64,000 nucleotides of DNA from Dehalococcoidia bacterium (GCA_045562535.1 JBJKVP010000006.1:88413-152412); one strand, 5' to 3'; counted from the stretch's first letter, positions 27,565-37,549 are shown. The notes: generated by a model not told the origin, from the sequence alone. Program-made: numbers and translations.

Positions 27565-28248
27565 ATGAAGGTTGTTTTAATTCAAGAAGTAGAAAACCTG
27601 GGCATAGCCGGAGATATTAAAGATGTCAAAAGTGGATATGCACGGAACTACTTGTTGCCGGAAGAATTAGCAGTATTGGCGACGCCCCAAGAACTGGCAG
27701 CGGCAGGCGCCCGAAGAGAGCGTGAACTTGTACGGAGACAACAATTAAATGAAGAGATGGAATCAGTAGCGGCTTCTTTGATAGATCAATTATTAATGCC
27801 TGTTAAAGTCGGTGGAGCTGGTCAACTGTATGGCAGTGTTAGTGTGGCTGATATAGCTGAATCTATAAGCAATTTAGTAGGTGCAGATATTGATCGGAAA
27901 GCTATTAATCTTTCAGGTCCCATTCGAGAGCAAGGGCACCATGAAATTAGTGTGCGCTTTGCCCCAGATGTATTTGCGGAAATAACGGTAACGGTATTTG
28001 ATGATTCAATGGATCCGGTTCCGGGCCTTGACTTTAAATTTGAAGACGAGGAAGAAGAAGAAGAACCTACTTTCCAAGGAGCCATTGCGCAGATTGAAGC
28101 TGAAGAGAACGAAGCTGAAGAAAGCGAAACACCATCTGAAAACTTGCCCGACCAAATTGTTGATGATGAAACTATAAAAAGCGAATCAGAAGAAGACTCT
28201 GAAGACGAGTCTAACAGTACAGACGAAACAGAAGAATCAGAAAATTAA
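27565..28248 (+). CDS. rplI: 50S ribosomal protein L9 with ~80-aa acidic C-terminal extension
   Basis: MKVVLIQEVENLGIAGDIKDVKSGYARNYLLP is the canonical bL9 N-domain, with AGGAGG SD. The tail is EDEEEEEEP...SEEDSEDESNSTDETEESEN. Confidence 0.85.
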   Translation: MKVVLIQEVENLGIAGDIKDVKSGYARNYLLPEELAVLATPQELAAAGARRERELVRRQQLNEEMESVAASLIDQLLMPVKVGGAGQLYGSVSVADIAESISNLVGADIDRKAINLSGPIREQGHHEISVRFAPDVFAEITVTVFDDSMDPVPGLDFKFEDEEEEEEPTFQGAIAQIEAEENEAEESETPSENLPDQIVDDETIKSESEEDSEDESNSTDETEESEN

Positions 28249-28269
28249 GTTTCGGCACGAGGGTTAAGA

Positions 28270-29667
28270 TTGTATACAGAACAATTACCTCCTCATGATG
28301 ATCAAGCAGAAGAAGCTGTATTAGGCTCCTTGGTAATCGATAGTGAGTCCGTTCCAAGAGTTGCTGCAACACTAGTTCCGTCTGATTTTTTTCGACAAAA
28401 ACACTCCTGGATATTTGAAGCTTGCTTAGCCTTATTTTCTCGCAATGAACCTGTAAACCAGATTAGTTTGGCGGATGAATTAGCGAGGCAAAAAAGATTA
28501 GAGGAAATTGGAGGCTTGCAATTCCTCAGTTATTTAGTTACTAGTGTGCCAACCTCAGTTTACGTTGAACATTACGGGCAAGTTGTGAAAAGACTCTCGA
28601 TTATGCGGCAATTAATAAATGCCGGAGGCAAAATTGTAGATATTGGTTATAAAGCAGAAACCGACGAGGAAGATGCTCTGAGGAAAGCAGAAGACTTTAT
28701 CTATGAATTAAGAATGGGTCGGTCTGAGCGTGATCTAGTTTCCCTCCACCAAGCTTTAGATAAATATCTTGAGGATGATTTAAATAAGCAAGACGAGAAC
28801 ACCGCAGGCGTTACAACTGGCTTTGTTGATTTGGATCGATTATTGGGAGGATTTCAGCCTTCGGATTTAATAATACTTGCGGCACGACCTGGAGTAGGGA
28901 AGAGCGCCCTGGCTCTTAACATCGCGAAAGCCATTACTTCACAGAGGAACCCTGATGGGAAAAGAGGAGTGGTGGCTTTCTTCAGTATTGAGATGGCAAC
29001 AGAACAAATAGTTGAGAGATTATTAGCAGGAGAGTCAGGCATAGATACGAGACGTTTGCGCCAGTCTAAAGAATGGTCGGAGCAAGACGAAGCGAAAATA
29101 ATGGAAGCCGTTGGCCAATTAGCGGACCTCCCACTTTACTTAGATGACTCGCCCTTATTAGGTCTTGTTGAGCTACGATCAAAAGCCCGCCGTCTTTATT
29201 TAGAAGAGGGATTAGATTTGGTTGTTGTTGATTATTTGCAATTAATGAGCGGCAGTGGTGGATTCGGTGGCAATAGAGTTCAAGAAATCAGCGAGATTTC
29301 TAGATCACTGAAAGCACTGGCTCGGGATTTGAATGTCCCTGTTCTGGCCCTGTCACAGCTTTCTAGAGCTGTTGAAGGGAGACCTGGACATGAACCACTT
29401 CTTTCCGACCTTAGAGATAGTGGAAGCATTGAGCAAGATGCCGATGTAGTTATGTTTTTATATAGACCGGATGTTTATTTCACCGAAGAAGAATGGGAAA
29501 GACAGCACCCTGGTGAAGATTATCCAAGGGGAGTCGCTGACCTCATTGTAGCTAAACATAGAAATGGTCCATTGGGTAGACCACAGTTGGTTTTTCGAGA
29601 ACGAACTACTACTTTCGTTGATGCCGCCTTGCGAGACGGGCCTGCTCCGAACGTAGGAATGTTTTAA
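28270..29667 (+). CDS. dnaB: replicative DNA helicase
   Basis: 465 aa with PPHDDQAEEAVLGSLV, Walker A ARPGVGKSALALN, VVDYLQLM, LSQLSRAVE, SGSIEQDADVV. Confidence 0.95.
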   Translation: MYTEQLPPHDDQAEEAVLGSLVIDSESVPRVAATLVPSDFFRQKHSWIFEACLALFSRNEPVNQISLADELARQKRLEEIGGLQFLSYLVTSVPTSVYVEHYGQVVKRLSIMRQLINAGGKIVDIGYKAETDEEDALRKAEDFIYELRMGRSERDLVSLHQALDKYLEDDLNKQDENTAGVTTGFVDLDRLLGGFQPSDLIILAARPGVGKSALALNIAKAITSQRNPDGKRGVVAFFSIEMATEQIVERLLAGESGIDTRRLRQSKEWSEQDEAKIMEAVGQLADLPLYLDDSPLLGLVELRSKARRLYLEEGLDLVVVDYLQLMSGSGGFGGNRVQEISEISRSLKALARDLNVPVLALSQLSRAVEGRPGHEPLLSDLRDSGSIEQDADVVMFLYRPDVYFTEEEWERQHPGEDYPRGVADLIVAKHRNGPLGRPQLVFRERTTTFVDAALRDGPAPNVGMF

Positions 29668-29681
29668 TAGGTGAGCTATTT

Positions 29682-30383
29682 ATGAAAAAATCGAGACATA
29701 TACCTCAGCAGGGTGACCGTTTAGAAATCCCGGAACGGTTTTTTTCAGAAGTTCTTCCAACCACAACTAATATTCTAGAGCTAAAAACTAGCCTTATAAT
29801 TTTGAATGAAATTGGAATACGACAAAAAGAGAACCAATTTTTAACCTATGGGGATATAAAAAAATTAGAACAATTAGGGTCGCTTCAAACCACTGAAAAT
29901 CAGACTCTAATACAATTAATTGATATAACTCTAAAAAATTTAATCCAGTTGGGTGTGATATTCTCAAGGTTATCGGAGGTTGCAAAAGCAGATTCCGAAG
30001 AAATATATTTCTTAGATGATTTGGAAGGCCGCAAACTTTCTGACAATCTTAATTTTGGTATTGTCTCTCCAAAAGCAACAATAGATAATCCAAAGAGAAG
30101 CACTACAATATTTGACCTTTATGAAAACGTTATTGGAATGATCCCGGGAGCGCAAATAGCACAAGAATTAATGGAAGCTGAAAAAACTTATCCAGCTCAA
30201 TGGCTACAAGATGCATTTGATGAGGCAGTGACTCAGGATGTAAGAAGGTGGGCCTATATAAGAGCCATATTAGCAAGCTGGAGCAATGGGGGTAGAGGGA
30301 ATTACGATGGAAAGACTGGGGGACGCAATTCAGAGAGCAGGTATCAATCCGGGAAATACGGGAAAATCGTCAGGTCAAAATGA
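29682..30383 (+). CDS. DnaD-domain replication initiation/helicase-loading protein
   Basis: 233 aa. C-terminal DnaD/DnaB_2-like block WLQDAFDEAVTQDVRRWAYIRAILASW. Lies between dnaB and the loader ATPase. Confidence 0.6.
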   Translation: MKKSRHIPQQGDRLEIPERFFSEVLPTTTNILELKTSLIILNEIGIRQKENQFLTYGDIKKLEQLGSLQTTENQTLIQLIDITLKNLIQLGVIFSRLSEVAKADSEEIYFLDDLEGRKLSDNLNFGIVSPKATIDNPKRSTTIFDLYENVIGMIPGAQIAQELMEAEKTYPAQWLQDAFDEAVTQDVRRWAYIRAILASWSNGGRGNYDGKTGGRNSESRYQSGKYGKIVRSK

Positions 30384-31692
30384 TCAGCGATCTTTTTTAA
30401 AAGATTCAGGTTCTCAAAAACCAGAATGTGATATTTGTAACGACACTGGGTGGGTACGCTACTCCGCAGAAGTAGATGCGCAAGAATTTGGTAAAATCTA
30501 TCCTTGTGAGCATCGCCGTGATGAAATCAAAAAAGCAAATTTCGAGCGGCTAGAGAAATATAGTAACCTTTCGCAATTTAAAGGGCTTACCTTTGAATTG
30601 ACTAAGGAAATTGGTGTTCGAGAAGACGCAACTAGCAAAGAAATGTTCCAGACGGCCTTTGAAGAGGCGAAGAAATTCGCTGAACAACCGGAAGGCTGGA
30701 TAGTTTTTGCTGGCCCTTCGGGAAGTGGTAAAACACATCTTGGTGCTGTTATTGCCCACGAGAGACTTAGTAGGGATTTCCCAGCTCTTTTTGTATTCAT
30801 TCCAGATTTCCTAGACCATTTAAGAGCTGCGTATGCTCCGGATTCAGAAGTTCAATATGATTCGCTTTTTCAACAAATCAAAGAAGCCCCTTTCTTGGTT
30901 CTTGACGACCTAGGCGCTCAATCTTCTACCACTTGGGCCCAAGAAAAACTTTTCCAAATATTGAACCACCGTTTCGTTTCAAAGATGCCCACAGTGATAA
31001 CTTTAGCAAAACCTCTAGGTGACCTTGAGCAACGGATTCAGAGTCGAGTGATGGATGTTAGTCATTCTCAATACTTACCGCTTGGAGTCGAAGACGGGAA
31101 ATGGAGTGGAAATGATGCTCTGGACCTCCCACTATTCAAAGAAATGACAGTAGCCTCGTTTGACCCAGCCCGACAAGGATCAGCCGAATTATCTTCTCCT
31201 CAAAAAGCAAGTTTAAAAATGGCTTATACCCTTGCTAAAAACTATGGTGAAACTCCAGAAGGTTGGCTAGTATTAATGGGCGAAAATGGTGTTGGCAAAA
31301 CACACCTAGCAGCTTCTATAGCTCACAGGGCTCGTTCAGATGGCCGTAGTGTTTTGTTTTTGGTAGTTCCTGATTTACTTGACCATTTGAGGTACACTTT
31401 TCGCCCGGATAGCGATGTTACTTATGATGAATTATTCGAAGAAATAAAACACGTGGACATGTTGGTTCTGGATGATTTAGGTGCACATGGCACTACATCG
31501 TGGGCCAAAGAGAAACTCTATCAGATAATTAACTACAGATATGTTGCACGGCTTCCTCTTGTAGTAACCACAAATTTGTCTTTAGATGAACTTGAAAGAT
31601 CAGAGCCAAGGATCGCTTCACGTTTGGCAGATACAAGATTTAGCGTACCTTTTCACATAGATGCCCCAAACTATGGGGTGACTCTAAGATAA
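30307..31692 (+). CDS. DnaC/DnaI-like helicase loader with internally duplicated AAA+ module
   Basis: N-terminal Cys/His cluster CDICNDTGWV...YPCEH, then two IstB/DnaC-like modules. Module 1: FAGPSGSGKTHLGAVIAHE...LVLDDLGAQSSTTWAQEKLFQILNHRF. Module 2: LMGENGVGKTHLAASIAHR...LVLDDLGAHGTTSWAKEKLYQIINYRY. Start at ATG 30307 (AGAGGGA upstream). Overlaps the previous gene by 77 nt. Confidence 0.7.
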   Translation: MERLGDAIQRAGINPGNTGKSSGQNDQRSFLKDSGSQKPECDICNDTGWVRYSAEVDAQEFGKIYPCEHRRDEIKKANFERLEKYSNLSQFKGLTFELTKEIGVREDATSKEMFQTAFEEAKKFAEQPEGWIVFAGPSGSGKTHLGAVIAHERLSRDFPALFVFIPDFLDHLRAAYAPDSEVQYDSLFQQIKEAPFLVLDDLGAQSSTTWAQEKLFQILNHRFVSKMPTVITLAKPLGDLEQRIQSRVMDVSHSQYLPLGVEDGKWSGNDALDLPLFKEMTVASFDPARQGSAELSSPQKASLKMAYTLAKNYGETPEGWLVLMGENGVGKTHLAASIAHRARSDGRSVLFLVVPDLLDHLRYTFRPDSDVTYDELFEEIKHVDMLVLDDLGAHGTTSWAKEKLYQIINYRYVARLPLVVTTNLSLDELERSEPRIASRLADTRFSVPFHIDAPNYGVTLR

Positions 31693-31715
31693 TTATGATC
31701 GTATGGTGAACAGTA

Positions 31716-32060
31716 ATGACACAAGAAAATGATCTTCAGCATTGTATTTTTTGCGAAATCATTGCCGGGAGGGAGCCCGCTGATGTGTGGTATCAAGACG
31801 AAGAATTTATTGTTTTCCGTAATCAGTTAAGATGGCTACCAGTCCAGCTTTTGCTGGTTCCTAAAAAACATATGACGCAGTCAGAACTATGGTCTGATAT
31901 TGGGAGAGCTGCGGAACTTGCCAACTCTCTTGGTAAAGAGTTCGCTCCTAATGGGTACAGACTACTGTCTAATTTTGGGCAAGATGGCATGCAATCCCAG
32001 CCCCACGCACATATTCACGTATTAGGAGGAACCCAACTTGGCATGTATGTTGGTGGCTAA
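31716..32060 (+). CDS. HIT-family nucleotide hydrolase/transferase
   Basis: 114 aa with CIFCEII and histidine triad QPHAHIHVLGG. Confidence 0.85.
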   Translation: MTQENDLQHCIFCEIIAGREPADVWYQDEEFIVFRNQLRWLPVQLLLVPKKHMTQSELWSDIGRAAELANSLGKEFAPNGYRLLSNFGQDGMQSQPHAHIHVLGGTQLGMYVGG

Positions 32061-32137
32061 TAGTTGGTAATGAGCCAATTAATGATCCAATAGGGATTGA
32101 CAGCTCTATAGATAGCAAGTAATCTTTCGTAAGGCTA

Positions 32138-32170
32138 CTGGTAAACACGAAAATTACCGGAGCTTTTTTT
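32138..32170 (+). terminator. putative Rho-independent terminator after the HIT gene
   Basis: CTGGTAA-(9 nt)-TTACCGG stem (7 bp including one G-U) followed by AGCTTTTTTT. Confidence 0.5.
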
Positions 32171-32207
32171 CTTGGTTGGATACTTTAATTTATTAGAGGT
32201 ATTAGTA

Positions 32208-32507
32208 GTGAACGAGGTAGATCCATCGGCTCTCACGGCAGCAGACTGGGACCAGGTGACCGTAACCTTATCGTTCATATGGGCCTTTTTTGGAGCACAA
32301 GTATCTGCTGCCCTTAATTTCGTGATGGCCCATGCGTTTATTCCCTCTCTAGTTACAACAGGCCACATTCCTAAATCTGCTAATAAAATCAGACCATTTT
32401 TTTATGGCGCTACAATTGCTTTCGGCATGGGTGCTGTTTGGTCTATGGTTAATGTAATAAATTCCTCTGAAGTACTAAGAAATATATATCCCCGTGTTTG
32501 GGTTTAG
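32208..32507 (+). CDS. small 2-TM membrane protein upstream of the ACIII cluster
   Basis: GTG at 32208 with AGAGGT upstream, inside ORF 32172..32507. Two hydrophobic helices. I recognise no family. Confidence 0.4.
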   Translation: MNEVDPSALTAADWDQVTVTLSFIWAFFGAQVSAALNFVMAHAFIPSLVTTGHIPKSANKIRPFFYGATIAFGMGAVWSMVNVINSSEVLRNIYPRVWV

Positions 32508-32528
32508 AACAGTAGAGTGTAAGAAAAA

Positions 32529-33062
32529 GTGAAAAAAAACCTAAAACCAATAATAGCTATAGCAGTTCTGCTTGGCGTCGTTGGTGTTTTACTTACCGTA
32601 GTTGCACCTAAGGCCGTCGCTTTTGTGTATCCGTTACCTGAAAACGAAGTAGTTTTCCCGCATGATTTTCATGCCGGTACTCTGGCCCTTGAATGCCAAT
32701 TCTGTCACACAGGTGCCGAGAACACTCGAGGGGCTAATGTGCCCGCTCTAGAACAGTGTATGTTTTGTCACAAGGTGGCGGGTTTGGAGAATCCAGAGGC
32801 AAAGAAGGTAAGAGTAGCTTGGGAATCTCAGGAACCCTTGAATTGGATTAGACAACACCGTTTACCTGACCATACTCATTTTAGGCATGAACCTCATATC
32901 ACCGCAGGATTTGAATGTTCTACGTGTCATGGAGACGTTGCGGCGATGAAACAAGTTGTCCAGGTGAAAACTGAAAAAGCTGGAGACCTCAAAATGGGAG
33001 ATTGCGTAGCTTGTCATAAGGAGAACGGAGCACCTCTTCAGTGTTCTACATGTCATAATTAG
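32529..33062 (+). CDS. actA: Alternative Complex III pentahaem cytochrome c subunit
   Basis: N-terminal TM anchor plus five CxxCH motifs (CQFCH, CMFCH, CSTCH, CVACH, CSTCH). First gene of the cluster. Confidence 0.8.
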   Translation: MKKNLKPIIAIAVLLGVVGVLLTVVAPKAVAFVYPLPENEVVFPHDFHAGTLALECQFCHTGAENTRGANVPALEQCMFCHKVAGLENPEAKKVRVAWESQEPLNWIRQHRLPDHTHFRHEPHITAGFECSTCHGDVAAMKQVVQVKTEKAGDLKMGDCVACHKENGAPLQCSTCHN

Positions 33063-33096
33063 ATAGTTAATATTTGTAAGGATTGGAAGGAATAAG

Positions 33097-35373
33097 ATGG
33101 ATCTCACTCGGCGAGACTTTTTGAGAGTAGCTGGAGCATCATCTGTTGCTGGCATATTGTTTGCGGGCTGTGCTATTCCTGAAAGAGAACTTATAAAACA
33201 AAGCCCAAGAGATATGCCTGAAGATTTAGCTACAGGTACAGAAGATTGGTACGCGACTCAATGCGGTATCTGCAATGAGCATCATGGAATCATCGTCCGA
33301 GTTTTAGAAGGACGAGCAAAGAAGATTGAAGGGAACCCAGATCACCCCACCAACCGAGGTCGACTATTGCCGACTTGCTTGAGTGGGGTTCAATCACTTT
33401 ACCATCCTGATCGGCTTACAACTCCTATGGCAGGGGATACTCCTATCAGTTGGGATGATGGAATGAAGAGGGTCGTCGATGCTTTTAATAGTAATAACTC
33501 TAAGAGGACACTTCTTATAACAGGCGCTGACACCACGCTTTTATCTCATGTGGTAGATGAATTTGTAGACGCTTCTGGAATCGAGCATATGGTTCTTGAA
33601 GATCTTGAAGATACTGTACTACGCAATGCCGTCAGCGATATTTTTGGCGAAGACGGGATTCCTCATTTTGATATCCAGAACGCTAAGACCGTTTTATCTA
33701 TAGGAGCAGACTTTTTAGAGTCATGGGTTGCACCCCTACAATACAGCAGAGCATATGGAGAATTTCGAAGCTCTGAAAATAGTGGGACAGGTGTCCGCGG
33801 CCACTTGATATATGCGGGCCCCAGATTTTCGATGACAGCTGCAAATGCCGATCAGTGGCTTCCTATTGCTCCAGGTCAGGAAAGTAATTTCGCTTTAAGC
33901 GTTGCCTACGTACTAATACGAGATAATTTAGCAGATGCATCAGTAGTGGATAAGATGACTAATGGCCGAGGGGCGACTGCGCTAGCTGCGTTTGCTCCAG
34001 AGACTATAGCTCCCCTCATAGGCGCTACCGAAGGTGTAATTTCGCCTAAGGATATCGAAGATGTAGCTAAGCATTTATCAGAAGAATCGCCCGGACTTGT
34101 TTTAGCAGGTGGCTCTGCGTCGGCTCAACAAAATGGTAACTTGAATATTAAGGCATCACTTTTAATTAATGCCCTACTTGGCAACATTGGAAAACAAGGT
34201 GGGATTCAATGGACCACAGACTCCCCTCTTAGAGAGCTGAATAATTTTAAAGCACCTAATACTTTTGCTGATTGGAAATCTGTAACTCAAAGGATGGACC
34301 AAGGCGAATTTGATTTAGTTTTAATTCATGGAGCCAACCCGGTGCACAATTTAGAAGTTCTTGATTTCAAAGATAAGCTATCTAAAGTTGGGTCAATTAT
34401 ATCTTTCTCTCCGATTATGGATGAAAGTGCAGAGCTGGCAAATTTGGTTCTACCTGATCAAAATTATTTGGAGACTTGGAATATTGGCGTTCCGAACCCA
34501 AACCCTGGGTACCCTGTATTGACACTTCAGCAACCGGTGGTTCCCGCATTACTTAATGAAGAAAATGAGATTGTCTACGATAATCGCCCATTTGGCGATA
34601 TTTTGACACACGTTGGTCAAGAACTTGGTTACAAATCGATCGCCTGGGAAAATATGGAAGATCTTGTGAAAACTAAAATGTCAGAGGTGCACAGGCGAAA
34701 TAGAGGAAGAGGCTCGATTCAAGGGGCGACTTTTGAGGCGTTTTGGGCAGGAGTGCTCCAGCGAGGTGGCTGGTGGGATACGAAAGCTCAGCAAACCAAT
34801 CTTGGGCCTGTTATAGCATCATTATCTGACACGGAACTTACTGTACAAAACAGCCCGACCGAAGCTGAGGATAGCGGTGTTTATCACCTTGTTCCTTTTG
34901 TTAGCGTGGGACTTGGTTCGGGGTCACAAAGCTATTTGCCGTGGCCGCAATCGACTCCCGACCCTGTGACTTCGGTAGTATGGGAGACTTGGGTAGAGGT
35001 TAATGCTCGTGAGGCGAAAAGACTTGGTTTGCGAGATGGGGACATAGTGAACGTTGAATCAGTAACTACTGGGGAGGAATCTTCAGTCATTCAGGCACCG
35101 GTTTATATACACCCTGGGATACCTCCTAATGTAGTGGGCATCCCTATGGGTAGAGGGCATACTGCATCAGGCAGATATGCAAAAGACTTTGGAACGAATG
35201 TAAGAAAACTTTTGTCCATCAGTGAAGTCGAAGGCACAGGAGCCCAGGCTTGGGGAGTTAGCAAGGTGACAATTAGTGGTACGGGCCAAAGGCTTCGATT
35301 ACCTCGTATGGAGGGTGGAATAACTGGTATGCAACTCGAAGGAACACATATTATTCAAGTTACGGGAAGTTAG
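33097..35373 (+). CDS. actB1: ACIII molybdopterin-oxidoreductase-like subunit (ActB, B1 part), Tat signal
   Basis: RRDFLRVAG twin-arginine motif followed by LFAGC. 758-aa Mo-bisPGD-enzyme-like fold. The N-terminal FeS motif is degenerate (CGICNEHH). Confidence 0.8.
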   Translation: MDLTRRDFLRVAGASSVAGILFAGCAIPERELIKQSPRDMPEDLATGTEDWYATQCGICNEHHGIIVRVLEGRAKKIEGNPDHPTNRGRLLPTCLSGVQSLYHPDRLTTPMAGDTPISWDDGMKRVVDAFNSNNSKRTLLITGADTTLLSHVVDEFVDASGIEHMVLEDLEDTVLRNAVSDIFGEDGIPHFDIQNAKTVLSIGADFLESWVAPLQYSRAYGEFRSSENSGTGVRGHLIYAGPRFSMTAANADQWLPIAPGQESNFALSVAYVLIRDNLADASVVDKMTNGRGATALAAFAPETIAPLIGATEGVISPKDIEDVAKHLSEESPGLVLAGGSASAQQNGNLNIKASLLINALLGNIGKQGGIQWTTDSPLRELNNFKAPNTFADWKSVTQRMDQGEFDLVLIHGANPVHNLEVLDFKDKLSKVGSIISFSPIMDESAELANLVLPDQNYLETWNIGVPNPNPGYPVLTLQQPVVPALLNEENEIVYDNRPFGDILTHVGQELGYKSIAWENMEDLVKTKMSEVHRRNRGRGSIQGATFEAFWAGVLQRGGWWDTKAQQTNLGPVIASLSDTELTVQNSPTEAEDSGVYHLVPFVSVGLGSGSQSYLPWPQSTPDPVTSVVWETWVEVNAREAKRLGLRDGDIVNVESVTTGEESSVIQAPVYIHPGIPPNVVGIPMGRGHTASGRYAKDFGTNVRKLLSISEVEGTGAQAWGVSKVTISGTGQRLRLPRMEGGITGMQLEGTHIIQVTGS

Positions 35374-35399
35374 ATAATTATGAATGGAGTGAGTGACAG

Positions 35400-36119
35400 A
35401 TGTCAGATGTAAAATGGGGAATGGTCGTCGATGTTGATAAATGCTCGGGATGCCAGGCATGTGTTATAGCCTGTATGGCAGAAAATAATATTCCAATTAA
35501 TTTAGACCGTGATTTTAAAGAGAATCGGTCGATTGCATGGATTCGCATAGAAAGATATTGGGAAGGCGAATATCCAGATGTAAAAGCAAGATTTTTACCG
35601 GTTTTGTGCCAGCATTGCGGGAATGCTCCTTGCGAGCCCGTTTGCCCAGTCTATGCAACATTCCATAATGATCAAGGTATGAACATCCAGGTTTATAATC
35701 GTTGTGTCGGCACCCGGTATTGCGCAAATAATTGCCCTTACCATGCTAGATATTTTAATTATCGTCGTCCCACTTGGCCAGAAACATACAATAACTACCT
35801 AAATCCAGATGTCACTGTCCGAGATCGAGGCATAATGGAAAAATGTAGTTTTTGTGTTCAAAGAATTAATGCTGCGACCCGAATTGCAAAACGAGATGGG
35901 AATGAAGATGCTATTGCAGGACTTCAGACCGCCTGTGCACAGGCGTGCCCAACCGATGCTCTGGTTTTTGGTAATCTTAATAATCCAGATAGCCAAGTAT
36001 CTCAGCTATACGATGACGAAAGGTCATACGTACTACAGGAATCCATAGGAACTCAGCCTAATATAAGGTATCTAAAGAAAATTGATGAACATGCTGCTGA
36101 AAAGGCACATGCTCACTAG
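35400..36119 (+). CDS. actB2: ACIII iron-sulfur subunit (ActB, B2 part)
   Basis: Ferredoxin-type Cys clusters CSGCQACVIAC, CQHCGNAPCEPVCP, CVGTRYCANNCP, CSFCVQRI, CAQACP. Confidence 0.85.
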   Translation: MSDVKWGMVVDVDKCSGCQACVIACMAENNIPINLDRDFKENRSIAWIRIERYWEGEYPDVKARFLPVLCQHCGNAPCEPVCPVYATFHNDQGMNIQVYNRCVGTRYCANNCPYHARYFNYRRPTWPETYNNYLNPDVTVRDRGIMEKCSFCVQRINAATRIAKRDGNEDAIAGLQTACAQACPTDALVFGNLNNPDSQVSQLYDDERSYVLQESIGTQPNIRYLKKIDEHAAEKAHAH

Positions 36120-36145
36120 AAAAAAAGGACGGAAAGAATACAAGA

Positions 36146-37549
36146 ATGCAAAATACTGATGGAAATGAAGTGGTAAATCCTGGGGCACCTGCGACCCAGG
36201 AAGATCTTACTCAAGAACTGCTCCATGACTCTCTTCAGACAGGATCTAGGATGCGCAAAGCATTGCTGATCTCTGGTGTGTTATCGATTCTTGGATTCGT
36301 AGGCCTTTTTATGCATTTTGCTAGCGGAACTAGCGACCATACAACCTGGAATTTTTATGCTGTTGTATATTTTTATGTATTTTCTGTGACCATGGGGATA
36401 CCTATGGCGAGCATTGGGCTGAGGATGGCGCGTGCGCAGTGGCGGCGCCCTACTAGTAGATCTGCGGAGCTATTTGCAATAGCTGGGCCAATTAATTTGA
36501 TATTCTTCATACCAATTTTATTGGTTGCTCCTCCAATTGAAGGAAGAAATAGCTTATGGATGGATTGGGCCCTTGCGCCGTGGTTCCCAGATATAATAAT
36601 GATGGTGTTATTAGTGGTGACAGGGTTAGCATTTTTGTATGTTTCGCTGCTTCCTGATTTAGCTAGCGTTAGAGATCATGGGACCGGGAGAGCCCAGAGG
36701 GTAGCAAAAACCTTGTCTAGAGACTGGAATGGAACGAAATCTCAGTGGTCGATTCATAAGTCGGCGTTAGGTATTTTAGGAGCGTTCTACATAACAGCAT
36801 ATGCTATGACTCATCTGGTTTTATCTACTGATTTTGCCATGACTTTGGTTCCTGGATGGAAGGACCCTATTTTCCCGGCATTTCATGCTGTTACAGGGAT
36901 CCAGATGGGTGCAGCCTTACTAATAGTTACTATGTACTTATTACGCCGTTTAGGTGGCCTCGGGAGATACTTCGAGCTAGAACAATTCTGGGGGTATAGT
37001 CGTTTACTACTTGCACTTAGTTTGTTTTATTTCTACTTCTGGTGGTGTGCTTTTATTTTATTCTGGTATGCTCGCTTACCACATGAGCAATCTGTAGTGG
37101 CATTGTTTATTTCCGGAGACTATGCTGATCCAAATGTTTTTACTAGGCCTCAGTTCTTAATGTTTGTGGGAGCCATAGGATTTTCCTTCATTCTCCCATT
37201 CCTTTTACTGATGTGGAATATTCTACGGCGTAGCATAGTTGCCCCTACGATTGTGGGTGTAATTGTGCTTATAGGTGGATTTTTCGATCGTATGAGATTA
37301 TACGCTAACTCTTGGTCTGTTGATCAGGTAGGCGGGCATGGGCTACATCACATACCAGAGGTGAATGCCCCGACAATTCCTGACCTTTTTGTATTGATTG
37401 GCATGGTGTCTTCTATACTATTCTTATACTTACTGGTTTCAAGAGTAGTTGGATTTGTGTCCTTATGGGAGACCAGACAAGCATTACTCTTAAGATTTGT
37501 TAAACCATGGGGCGTTGGCCACGCAAGCGTGGTAATTAAACCGGAATAA
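36146..37549 (+). CDS. NrfD/PsrC-like integral membrane subunit, divergent (ActF-like?)
   Basis: 467 aa, polytopic, with the NrfD-type region MARAQWRRPTSRSAELFAIAG. More divergent than the next gene. Confidence 0.65.
   Translation: MQNTDGNEVVNPGAPATQEDLTQELLHDSLQTGSRMRKALLISGVLSILGFVGLFMHFASGTSDHTTWNFYAVVYFYVFSVTMGIPMASIGLRMARAQWRRPTSRSAELFAIAGPINLIFFIPILLVAPPIEGRNSLWMDWALAPWFPDIIMMVLLVVTGLAFLYVSLLPDLASVRDHGTGRAQRVAKTLSRDWNGTKSQWSIHKSALGILGAFYITAYAMTHLVLSTDFAMTLVPGWKDPIFPAFHAVTGIQMGAALLIVTMYLLRRLGGLGRYFELEQFWGYSRLLLALSLFYFYFWWCAFILFWYARLPHEQSVVALFISGDYADPNVFTRPQFLMFVGAIGFSFILPFLLLMWNILRRSIVAPTIVGVIVLIGGFFDRMRLYANSWSVDQVGGHGLHHIPEVNAPTIPDLFVLIGMVSSILFLYLLVSRVVGFVSLWETRQALLLRFVKPWGVGHASVVIKPE

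Noticed and set aside
28270-31692. The dnaB / DnaD-like / DnaC-like module as a prophage or plasmid replication cassette
   Set aside because: It is embedded between rplI (the conserved rplI-dnaB linkage), purL and a HIT gene. No integrase, repressor, structural or partition genes are present and the composition is the same as the surroundings. It is most simply the chromosomal replication set.
32135-32368. Minus-strand ORF 32135..32368 in the HIT/ACIII intergenic region
   Set aside because: It overlaps the predicted terminator and the plus-strand 2-TM ORF. It has no SD and a low-complexity composition.
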